The notes under the pieces are model-generated. The model searched no databases, had not been told where the DNA came from, and was given only the letters and a program-made list of their open reading frames with translations. A stretch of DNA of 64,000 nt from a virus (lineage: Duplodnaviria > Caudoviricetes): IMG/VR virus record IMGVR_UViG_2775507096_000001, positions 1 through 64,000 of that record; one strand, given 5' to 3'. Position numbers and translations under genes: made by a program. Of the stretch, positions 38,466 through 46,089 are shown one piece after another (position 1 is the stretch's first letter; every line of letters starts with the position of its first letter).

Positions 38466-38732
38466 GTGCCCATGATCGCCGCCTTTCCGGCCGAGAAGTG
38501 CACCGTCCGGCTCGTCAGCCTCGCCACCGGCGAGGAGATCAAGCCCGGCCAGTTGATCCCCGAGCCGTACGGGCGCGGGCAGATCACCTACCTCGGCCCC
38601 ACCGTCACCCGCGCGGAGGGCGCCAAGAAGGGTCGGCCCGGTCGGGTCGCGGTCGTCCGGTACTCGTCACCGGAAACCGACTGGGTGTTCCTGCCCGCCG
38701 AGCTGAACGCCCGGTACGAAGACCTCGTCTGA
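38466..38732 (+). CDS. Hypothetical protein
   Basis: AAGGAG RBS; stop is the first 3 nt of R8. Confidence 0.65.
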   Translation: MPMIAAFPAEKCTVRLVSLATGEEIKPGQLIPEPYGRGQITYLGPTVTRAEGAKKGRPGRVAVVRYSSPETDWVFLPAELNARYEDLV

Positions 38733-38821
38733 CCTGCGGTTTTCTTAGAAGTTCTTTTACTGAATCGGCTTGTTAAATCTGGCTAGGGTAAGTCGATTCA
38801 GGAAGAATGATCTTGATCCAA
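38730..38821 (+). repeat. Array repeat R8
   Basis: Arms 38762-38772 and 38789-38799. Confidence 0.9.
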
Positions 38822-38852
38822 CCACCACCCCGACCAGCGACCGGGAGACCGC

Positions 38853-39374
38853 ATGCGCGCCAACATCCGCCGCACCACCCTCGACGCCCTCCACGCCGAC
38901 GCGGACGCCGCCCTGGCCCAGCTCAACATCGACGCGGACGCTGCCTACATCTGGACCCTCACCATCTGGCAGCCCGGCCAGCCCACCACCGAGCGCACCG
39001 AACTGGTCCCCGGCCGTGAACTCGCCACGCTGGTCCGCGTCCAGCTCCTCACCTCCATGCACGAGATCGAGCAGGACGAGACCACCGGCACGATCACCAC
39101 CCGCTGGACCCGGCAGAGCAAGCGGAACAACTACCGCACCCAGCAGGCAGTGTTCGCGAAGCTCAGCGACGGCCAGGCCGCCACCCTGACCGCCCGCGCC
39201 GCCTCCACCCCCCACACCCCCGCCCACGCGCTCGACGACCCCGCCCGGTTTGTCAGCCGCCGCGTCCTGGCCCCCGCCCCGGCCGCCCGGCCCCGGGCCA
39301 CCGTCCCCGCCCGCCCGAAGGTCTGCGACCGCTGCTTCCAGGTGCCCGCCGCCAACGGCACCTGCGGCTGCTGA
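38853..39374 (+). CDS. Hypothetical protein with C-terminal Cys cluster
   Basis: GGGAG RBS; CDRC...CGC. Confidence 0.7.
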   Translation: MRANIRRTTLDALHADADAALAQLNIDADAAYIWTLTIWQPGQPTTERTELVPGRELATLVRVQLLTSMHEIEQDETTGTITTRWTRQSKRNNYRTQQAVFAKLSDGQAATLTARAASTPHTPAHALDDPARFVSRRVLAPAPAARPRATVPARPKVCDRCFQVPAANGTCGC

Positions 39375-39446
39375 CCTCCCACCCCGCCCAGCCGGCGCCG
39401 CCCCGACCGGGGCGGCGCCCACCCATGCCAGCAAGGAGAGAACGAC

Positions 39447-41195
39447 GTGCCCTACATAGACGCCACCACGCGCGCCATGGCGGCGGCGTCCACCGCCACC
39501 ACCCCCAGCCCCGCCCGCGCGTACAAGCACGACGGCAGCGTGCTGACCGCCATGAGCTGGTTCTGCGGGGCCGGCGGCGATACACAGGGCGCCGACGCGG
39601 TCCCCGGCGTCCAGGTCACCAGAGGCGCGAACCACTGGGACGTCGCGCTCGCCACCCACGCCTGGAACAACCCGCACTGCGACCTGTGGAAGGGCGACAT
39701 CCGCCGGGCCCCGGTCGAGAAGTGGCCGGTCTGCCAGCTGTTCTGGGCGTCGCCCGAGTGCCCGAAGTGGTCGGCGGCCCGAGGTGTGAAGGTCGACTTC
39801 GACCGCACGCTGCAAGGCGACTTCGACTTCGACGAGCCCGAGTTCAAGAGCGAGAAGGAGCGCCGGGCCGCCGAGGAGCGCAGCCGCGCCCTCATGGAAG
39901 AAGTCCCGATGTACCTGCGGGGCGTCATCAACCGCGGCGGCCTGGTCCTCGGCGGAGTCGTCGAGAACGTCATTGACTGCCGGGGCTGGGACCAGTGGGA
40001 CCGCTGGGTCGGCGAGTTCCACAAGCTCGGGTACCGGACCAAGCTCCTGGCGATCAACTCGATGCACGTCGCCCCCCGCACTCTCGACCGCGTCCCACAG
40101 TCCCGCGACAGGCTGTACTTCGTCTACTGGCACGAGAGCCTGGGCCGAGACCCCGACTTCGACAAGTGGGTGCTGCGGCCGGACGCCTGGTGCTACGACT
40201 GCGAAGAGCAGGTCCGCTCAGTCCAGGTCTTCCGCAAGCCCGGCAAGGACATGGGCCGCTACCGGCAGAGCTACGACTACCGCTGCCCCCGCTCGGACTG
40301 CCGGGCGGTTGTTGAGCCGTACGTCCTCCCCGCGGCGGCTGCCATCGACTTCACGATCCCGGGAACGCCGATCGGCGACCGCGAGAAGACCGACGACTGC
40401 CCCGAGGGCCTGGCCCCGGCCACGATCGCCCGCATCCGGGCCGGCGGCTCCAAGTACTGGGGCTGGGGCGCGGACTTCCACCAGCTGGACGGGCAGGACT
40501 CGCTGTTCGGCGACGTCGACGAAGAACAACTGCCTGAGGCCCCTGGCAGCCCGCTCCTCGTCCCAGCCGGCGGGACCTGGCGGGACAAAGCCATCCACCT
40601 TGGCCAGCCCATGCCGACCAGGACGACGGTCGAGACCGACGGCATCGCCTTCCCGCCCCTGCTGATCCCCTGCGAGGGCCGCACCGGAAAGAAGGCCATG
40701 CGGCTGGAAGACCCGCTGCGCACCCAGACGGCCCGAGCCGAGACCGCCCTCGCCTACCTCCCGTTCGTGGTCCCCATGCGGGGCGGCGGCGACAAGGAGA
40801 AGGCCCGTCACATCGGCCACCCACTCCACACCGTCTCGGCCGGCGGCAACCACCACGGCCTGGTGACCGCCCCGGATCACCTCCTCGTCCCGTACTACGG
40901 CAACGGGCAGGCCCGCCCGGTCACCGACCCGATCGGAGCGCTGCCCACCCGGGACCGCTACGCGCTGGTCAGCCGGGACTTCCGGATCGACGACGTCCTG
41001 TTCCGGATGCTCCAGCCCGAGGAGATCAAGAAGGCGATGGCGTTCAGGGGGAAGTACAAGATCCTGGGCTCCAAGCGGCACCAGGTGCGTCAGCTCGGCA
41101 ACGCGGTCACCCCGGCGGTCGCGGAAGTCCTGTACTGCGCGCTGGTCGAGTGCATCACCGGCGAGGAGATCGACCGGTACGCGATGGTCGCCTGA
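39447..41195 (+). CDS. DNA (cytosine-5) methyltransferase
   Basis: FCGAGG, SPEC (catalytic Cys), ENV, QSRDR, GNAV; internal QDSLF. Confidence 0.9.
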   Translation: MPYIDATTRAMAAASTATTPSPARAYKHDGSVLTAMSWFCGAGGDTQGADAVPGVQVTRGANHWDVALATHAWNNPHCDLWKGDIRRAPVEKWPVCQLFWASPECPKWSAARGVKVDFDRTLQGDFDFDEPEFKSEKERRAAEERSRALMEEVPMYLRGVINRGGLVLGGVVENVIDCRGWDQWDRWVGEFHKLGYRTKLLAINSMHVAPRTLDRVPQSRDRLYFVYWHESLGRDPDFDKWVLRPDAWCYDCEEQVRSVQVFRKPGKDMGRYRQSYDYRCPRSDCRAVVEPYVLPAAAAIDFTIPGTPIGDREKTDDCPEGLAPATIARIRAGGSKYWGWGADFHQLDGQDSLFGDVDEEQLPEAPGSPLLVPAGGTWRDKAIHLGQPMPTRTTVETDGIAFPPLLIPCEGRTGKKAMRLEDPLRTQTARAETALAYLPFVVPMRGGGDKEKARHIGHPLHTVSAGGNHHGLVTAPDHLLVPYYGNGQARPVTDPIGALPTRDRYALVSRDFRIDDVLFRMLQPEEIKKAMAFRGKYKILGSKRHQVRQLGNAVTPAVAEVLYCALVECITGEEIDRYAMVA

Positions 41196-41285
41196 CCTGC
41201 GGTTTCCTTAGAAGTTCCTTTACTGAATCGGCTTGTCAAAACTGGCTAGGGCAAGCCGATTCGGGCAGAATGAAAGTAGTTCAAA
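41193..41285 (+). repeat. Array repeat R9 (perfect 11-bp arms)
   Basis: GAATCGGCTTG 41225-41235 / CAAGCCGATTC 41252-41262; starts at the upstream TGA. Confidence 0.9.
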
Positions 41286-41318
41286 AACACACCAACCTGC
41301 ACAGAAGGGCAGCGAGCC

Positions 41319-41522
41319 ATGAGCATCCGCATCACCCCTACCACCGCGAACACCACCGCGAACCGCACCCCCGAGCCGCGCCCCATACAGCCCGCGACGC
41401 CCACCGTCCCGCCGACCAGCTTCGGCACCTGCAAGGAGTGCACGGCGGAGCTGACGCCCCTGCTCAACGACAAGGGGCAGGTGCGCACGGTGTTCTGCGA
41501 GTACTGCGAGTTCGGCATCTGA
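41319..41522 (+). CDS. Small Zn-ribbon protein
   Basis: CKEC...CEYC. Confidence 0.6.
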   Translation: MSIRITPTTANTTANRTPEPRPIQPATPTVPPTSFGTCKECTAELTPLLNDKGQVRTVFCEYCEFGI

Positions 41523-41658
41523 CCGGCCGGACGGCCCCCGGGCCGTCCCCTGAGCAGGCGGCGTGACGGGCCCCGGCCCGGTGCGCGCCGCCCGCTCAGG
41601 AACCGTCAGCCGCCCCACCCGGGGTCGGCACACCACCACACCCAGAAGGAGCCACCGA

Positions 41659-42672
41659 ATGGCCACCACCGCCCGCCCCACCCGGATCGGCGTCATCGCC
41701 GATGCCGTCCTCACCGAGAGCGGCAACCCCTACAACCTGAAGTTCGCCGTCCTCGACGCCCAGCCGGCCGGCGTCCTGGACGACCTCCCCACGCCGAACT
41801 ACGTGGTCGGCAACGCCCTGTACCGAACCGGCGTGATCGTCGACACCGACGGCCGCGGCCGGGGAGTCGCCTGGCCCGCCCTGCCGTGCGCCGAGTCCCT
41901 GCTGGCCACGGTCTTCCCGAACACCAGTCAGTTCGAGCTGTACGACGGGGAGCCGCGCAAGAACTGCTCGCGCACGGAAGCGGTCGGATTCCTCCGCCGC
42001 CTGCTGACCGCCGGGGTCACGCACCACTGGCGCACGCTGTCCGACTGGGACACCCGCGAAATGCGCCTCGCCTACCCCGGGGACGGCATGTTCGCGGGAC
42101 GCATCAGGGGCATCGTCAAGCCGACCGATGACCCGGCGCCGGCCCCGCGAGAGGCCGCTGAGGGAAGCGCCGTAGCGACCTACACCGCCACCGCCGACCG
42201 CGTCCTCACGGTCACCGCAACCCGCTCGCCGGAGGCCTCCCCTTCGTTCTCCATCGGCGGCCTGCCCGCCTACGCGGCCGAGACCCGCGACCGCATCCGC
42301 GCCGCGATCACCAACGCGGGCCACACCTGGCCCACCGGAAAGAACGCCGTCTACGTCGGTCCGAACTGCACGGCCCCCAGTCCCGCCTTCGACCTGGCCG
42401 CAGCCTGCGCGGTCCTCGCGGCCGGAGGCAGCATCGACCCGGCCGCCCTGAAGGGGGTCGTCCTGATCGGCGAACTCGGACTCGACGGCCGGGTCTTGCC
42501 CGTGGCCGACGTCACCGCCCTCGTCCAGACCGCCCAGGCCGCCGGCTACCGGAAGGTGATCGTGCCCGCCGCGAACTTCGACGAGGCGAGCCGGAACATC
42601 GACGTCACCCCCGTCGGCGCCAACACCCTCGGCGCGGCCCTCGACTTCCTGGAGGAGATGGCCAAGGCCTGA
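41659..42672 (+). CDS. Fusion of an unknown domain with the ComM/YifB N-terminal (ChlI/Lon-like) domain
   Basis: GLP...ETRDRIRAAITNAG...FDLAAACAVL...IGELGLDGRVLPV...VIVPAAN; no AAA+ domain. Confidence 0.75.
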   Translation: MATTARPTRIGVIADAVLTESGNPYNLKFAVLDAQPAGVLDDLPTPNYVVGNALYRTGVIVDTDGRGRGVAWPALPCAESLLATVFPNTSQFELYDGEPRKNCSRTEAVGFLRRLLTAGVTHHWRTLSDWDTREMRLAYPGDGMFAGRIRGIVKPTDDPAPAPREAAEGSAVATYTATADRVLTVTATRSPEASPSFSIGGLPAYAAETRDRIRAAITNAGHTWPTGKNAVYVGPNCTAPSPAFDLAAACAVLAAGGSIDPAALKGVVLIGELGLDGRVLPVADVTALVQTAQAAGYRKVIVPAANFDEASRNIDVTPVGANTLGAALDFLEEMAKA

Positions 42673-42757
42673 CCGCACCGCGGGCCGGGGAGCAGGCAGC
42701 GCCCCCCGGCCCCAGCCCGACCAGCTACCACCAGCACACACGAAGGGACCCACCCGT

Positions 42758-43150
42758 ATGACCGGCAAAGCCTTCTGGACCGAATACTTCGAGGACGCCT
42801 ACCGCGACGCCGCCAAGAAGCGGCGCGAACTCCTCGACCGCGGCCTGCTCCTGATCACCCACCTGATCCGCGAGGAACTGCCAACCGCTACCGCCATCAG
42901 CGTCAACGGCAGCGTCCTGACCACCGTGCACGACGGCGAGACCGTCCTCTGGCGGTTCAACGACGAGACCAGCAGCAAGCTGAACGACGCCACCCGGCGG
43001 CACGTCCGGGACACGCTGCTCGACATGCGTAGCTTCCACACCACGGCATCGCTCCTCGCAGCCGACTGGAAGCAGGTCACGGACCTGCTCGACACGCTGC
43101 GCGTCGACCTTCCCGCCGACCCCGACCGGGACCAGCAGCCCCGCCCGTAG
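42758..43150 (+). CDS. Hypothetical protein
   Basis: AAGGGA RBS. Confidence 0.7.
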   Translation: MTGKAFWTEYFEDAYRDAAKKRRELLDRGLLLITHLIREELPTATAISVNGSVLTTVHDGETVLWRFNDETSSKLNDATRRHVRDTLLDMRSFHTTASLLAADWKQVTDLLDTLRVDLPADPDRDQQPRP

Positions 43151-43225
43151 CCGGCCAGCACACCAGGGCCGGGGAGCAGGCAGCGCACCCCGGCCCCGCC
43201 ACCCAACCCCCGGAAAGGGAAACCT

Positions 43226-43924
43226 GTGAACGACTTCCCGAAGACAGCCGTGATCCGAGCGGCGGCCATCTTCACCGCCGCGTTCAACGCCGTCTACGAC
43301 GAGGACGACTGGCTGACCATCGGCGTCGACAACGGCACCGGCGCCGAGGTCAACGTCACCGGCTCGCTGTACGACGGAGCAATCCGCTTCGACCCAGCCG
43401 ACGTCGTGATGCTCCTGGACTTCCTCACCCGCGTCCTGGCCAAGGACGAGTCCCGGTACAACCCGTACGGCATCGTCGCCGTCACCGTCCCCAACGGCGA
43501 CGGCGAACCCAACGCATGGGCCTGGCACCTGCTGCACATGACCCCCCTGACCCACGACCAGTCCCGCAGCTGGCTCGGCGGCGAGGTCCGCTACAACGAC
43601 GGCCTCACCCTGGCACCCGACCAGGTCCGCAGCCCCGACAACACCGCAGTCACCGAAGAGGTACGCGAGATCCTCCGCGCGCGCGGCCTCACCGCACGAC
43701 GCCTGCCGGAACACCCGATGGAAGACCCCGACCACGACTGCGGCACCTGCTCCGCCGACCACCGGCCGATCGTGCCGCCCATGGTCGGCATCGGTCCGTA
43801 CTGCGCGTGCGGCTGGACCCCCCGCAACGGCTACAGCATCCACGACCACCTGAAGGACCAGGGCGCCTGGCCGCCCGCCCCCATCGAGCACTCGCCGCGC
43901 GGCCACTTCGGTCCCCGCCCGTAG
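43226..43924 (+). CDS. Hypothetical protein
   Basis: AAAGGGA RBS; C-terminal Cys/His. Confidence 0.7.
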   Translation: MNDFPKTAVIRAAAIFTAAFNAVYDEDDWLTIGVDNGTGAEVNVTGSLYDGAIRFDPADVVMLLDFLTRVLAKDESRYNPYGIVAVTVPNGDGEPNAWAWHLLHMTPLTHDQSRSWLGGEVRYNDGLTLAPDQVRSPDNTAVTEEVREILRARGLTARRLPEHPMEDPDHDCGTCSADHRPIVPPMVGIGPYCACGWTPRNGYSIHDHLKDQGAWPPAPIEHSPRGHFGPRP

Positions 43925-44044
43925 CCGGCCAGCACACGAGGGCCGGGGAGCAGGCAGCGCTCCCCGGCCCTCACGCCTGTTCTACCGCCCCACCAGACCG
44001 CAGACCACCACCACCCCCGACCCCGACGAGATAGGACGTCACAG

Positions 44045-44725
44045 ATGGCCACAGGATGGACGATCCGCCCGATCCGCCTGCCCGACGAGCACCTGCCCAC
44101 CGGCACCCGCGAGGGCGACTGGCAGTGCAGGGCCTGCGCCACGCCCTGGCCCTGCGAGACCGCCGGCGAGTTCCTGCGGCAGGGCCGCTGCACCTGCGGC
44201 GCCACCACCTGGTGGGAGACCCGAGGCCCACGGAACTGGCACGTCGGGCCCCGCTGCTACACGGCGACCGACGTCATCGTGCGCCAGGCCGCCGACCTGA
44301 AGGCGTACCGGGAGGCGCACCCGCACTACCCGCCGTCCCACTACTACCCGCCCAAGCCCAGGCGCGTCCGCCGGCAGAAGCCGCCGCACCGGCACCGCCC
44401 GGCCGCGCCCGGCGACATCCGCCCCGGCACCTGGACCTGGGTCAAGCCTGGAGCCCTGCACCCCGGCTGGGGCGACATCCACCAGCACGCCATGATCACC
44501 CGGCCCGGCCTGCCCAAGTGCGAGGTGTGGCTGACACTCGACGGCACCGTGCACGACGTAAAGGCAGACCAGCTCATCCTGGCCGGCAGGCCCCGCAAGG
44601 ACCGGCCCGCCTGGTGGGAATGGACGGTCGCCGCTCACCTCAACCACGACAGACCCGCAGCCCAGGAGAGCGGGAACCATACCGCGGTCCAACTGGACCT
44701 GCTCAGCGGCCACACGGACGTCTAA
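44045..44725 (+). CDS. Hypothetical Cys/His-rich protein
   Basis: CRAC..WPC, CTC; C-terminal QLDLL. Confidence 0.65.
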   Translation: MATGWTIRPIRLPDEHLPTGTREGDWQCRACATPWPCETAGEFLRQGRCTCGATTWWETRGPRNWHVGPRCYTATDVIVRQAADLKAYREAHPHYPPSHYYPPKPRRVRRQKPPHRHRPAAPGDIRPGTWTWVKPGALHPGWGDIHQHAMITRPGLPKCEVWLTLDGTVHDVKADQLILAGRPRKDRPAWWEWTVAAHLNHDRPAAQESGNHTAVQLDLLSGHTDV

Positions 44726-44815
44726 GCAGACCAACCCCCCGAGCCTTCCCCCACTCCAAGACCAGACAACGAGGCCGTCACAGGCGGAACCCCGGACCTC
44801 ACGGCGCGGACAACG

Positions 44816-44882
44816 CCCCCATCTGCCAGCCTTGCAGAAGTCTCAAACAGGCTTATGCAAGGCTGGCAGATGGGGGTACTCT
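44816..44882 (+). promoter_or_regulatory. Perfect 21-bp inverted repeat abutting the -10 of leaderless padR
   Basis: CCCCCATCTGCCAGCCTTGCA-N19-TGCAAGGCTGGCAGATGGGGG then TACTCT, ATG at 44889. Confidence 0.65.
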
Positions 44883-44888
44883 CGTGTC

Positions 44889-45233
44889 ATGGAACAGAAG
44901 GACCTCACGCCCGCGGCGGTGAGGATCGCACAGACCTTCCTGGAAGACCCGACCCGCCGCTTCTACGCCACCGAACTGATGGAAGCCGCCCGCGTCGGCA
45001 GCGGCTCCCTCTACCCCGCCCTCGCCCGCATGCAGAAAGCCGGCTGGGTGGAAGAGGAGGACGAAGACGAGGAGACCGCCCGGCAGAACAACCGAAGGGC
45101 CCGCCGCTACTACTGGATGACCGGCGAAGGCGTCCGGGAAGCGCACTGCGCCCTCGTTGAACTGAGTGAAAGCGTGCGTCCGCCGGCATCCTCGCCGGGC
45201 TGGGGCCTCAACCCGAGCCCCAAGGGGGTCTGA
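44889..45233 (+). CDS. PadR-family transcriptional regulator
   Basis: GSLYPALARMQKAGWV, RRARRYYWMTGEG. Confidence 0.88.
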   Translation: MEQKDLTPAAVRIAQTFLEDPTRRFYATELMEAARVGSGSLYPALARMQKAGWVEEEDEDEETARQNNRRARRYYWMTGEGVREAHCALVELSESVRPPASSPGWGLNPSPKGV

Positions 45234-45238
45234 CCGAC

Positions 45239-45856
45239 ATGCACAACGCGATCGGCGCCAACCTGGCCACCAAGGCCGCCGAGGGAGCAACCTTCCTCGG
45301 CGAGGACTTCAACGGTTGGCGCGTCGCCTTCATCGTCGGAGTCATCGTGCCCATCGTCTGGGAGCTGGGCACTACCCTGACGCGACTGGCCACGCTAAGG
45401 CTCCCGTTCCTCGTGCTCTACGCGGCCCGGCTGAGCACCCCCAAGGAGGACTGGCCCCACCTCTCCCACGCCTGGAAGAACGAGCTGCACTTCATCCTCG
45501 ACGACCCCTCGAAGAACTGGGCGCTCCGCTCCCTTAAGGGCTTGCTCTTCGCACTGCCCCTAGCGATTGGTGCAGCCCGTATCACCGCCAAGGTCGGTCG
45601 GGCCCGGGGTGCTTCCCGCCGCCGGAAACAACGCAAGTTGACCTGGTACGGCGAACGGGCCAGCAGCATCGTGGGGTTCACGGCAGCCGTCGTATCCGTT
45701 GCGCAGTTGATTGGCGTGTCCACTTGGCCGATGATCCTGTTCACCGTACTGGGTTCCTTTGCGGTGCTGGTGATGTTCGCCGTGATGCTGGCCCGGCCGC
45801 GGAAGGTCAAAGGCGGCAGCGGCGACGAGGACTCCGACAAGTCCAGGCTGATGTAA
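45239..45856 (+). CDS. Membrane protein paired with PadR
   Basis: Several TM segments; lower-GC 3' half. Confidence 0.7.
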   Translation: MHNAIGANLATKAAEGATFLGEDFNGWRVAFIVGVIVPIVWELGTTLTRLATLRLPFLVLYAARLSTPKEDWPHLSHAWKNELHFILDDPSKNWALRSLKGLLFALPLAIGAARITAKVGRARGASRRRKQRKLTWYGERASSIVGFTAAVVSVAQLIGVSTWPMILFTVLGSFAVLVMFAVMLARPRKVKGGSGDEDSDKSRLM

Positions 45857-45900
45857 GCTCCAATTCGGACGGTCGTTCGAGCAGCGGCGCGACCGCCCTC

Positions 45901-45974
45901 GCGCTGGTGCGTGTAAGCAACACGGCCCGACTTCCAGTCGGGCGTTCCAGGTGCAAGCCCTGGCCGGCGCTCCA
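45901..45974 (+). tRNA. Atypical tRNA-Gly(TCC) with encoded CCA
   Basis: GCGCTGG/CCGGCGC, U73, CCA; D-stem CGTG/CACG; CCCGA-CTTCCAG-TCGGG; CCAGG-TGCAAGC-CCTGG; no D-loop GG, T-loop TGC. Confidence 0.8.
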
Positions 45975-45975
45975 C

Positions 45976-46010
45976 GAAGGCCCCACCCAAGCCCCCGGGT
46001 GGGGCCCTTC
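45976..46010 (+). terminator. Hairpin after tRNA-Gly
   Basis: GGCCCCACCC...GGGTGGGGCC. Confidence 0.55.
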
Positions 46011-46089
46011 GCATTCCGTCCCACCGCTGACAATGGGCCACCGAACCCGCAGGTGTGCGCACTGCGCAGACGGACTTCAGGAGCGGCCC

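Larger units (their letters stand above)
42682..43970 (+). repeat. Three copies of a GC hairpin repeat (about 42682-42712, 43139-43196, 43913-43970)
   Basis: GGGCCGGGGAGCAGGCAGCGC(A/T/C)CCCCGGCCC; the last two copies share 58 bp including the gene ends (PRP-stop). Confidence 0.8.

Noticed and set aside
25421-38810. Recurrent ORF starts MKVVQ/MKAVQ and MLKLAR as a shared leader peptide
   Set aside because: These are translations of the DNA repeat; frames are inconsistent and RBS-supported starts lie downstream.
29120-41195. Complete restriction-modification or BREX/DISARM system
   Set aside because: No endonuclease, specificity subunit or helicase is recognisable; the MTases are orphans in separate units.
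24322-41285. Repeat array as CRISPR
   Set aside because: Repeats are ~90 bp, the intervals are 1-3 kb of intact genes, and no cas genes are seen.
24322-41285. Repeats as classical integron attC or Xer/dif sites
   Set aside because: No IntI in the window; GTTAAAA lies in the loop rather than as paired R boxes; the 16-nt spacer is too long for a tyrosine-recombinase core.
45901-45974. tRNA-Trp(CCA) reading, or an att remnant
   Set aside because: The 7-nt loop CTTCCAG centres on TCC with Gly identity elements; it does not match the tRNAs at 465-866.
45724-46089. N-terminal extensions of ORFs 45724-47433 and 45951-48359
   Set aside because: They overlap the tRNA or the neighbouring gene; supported starts are 46090 and 47430.
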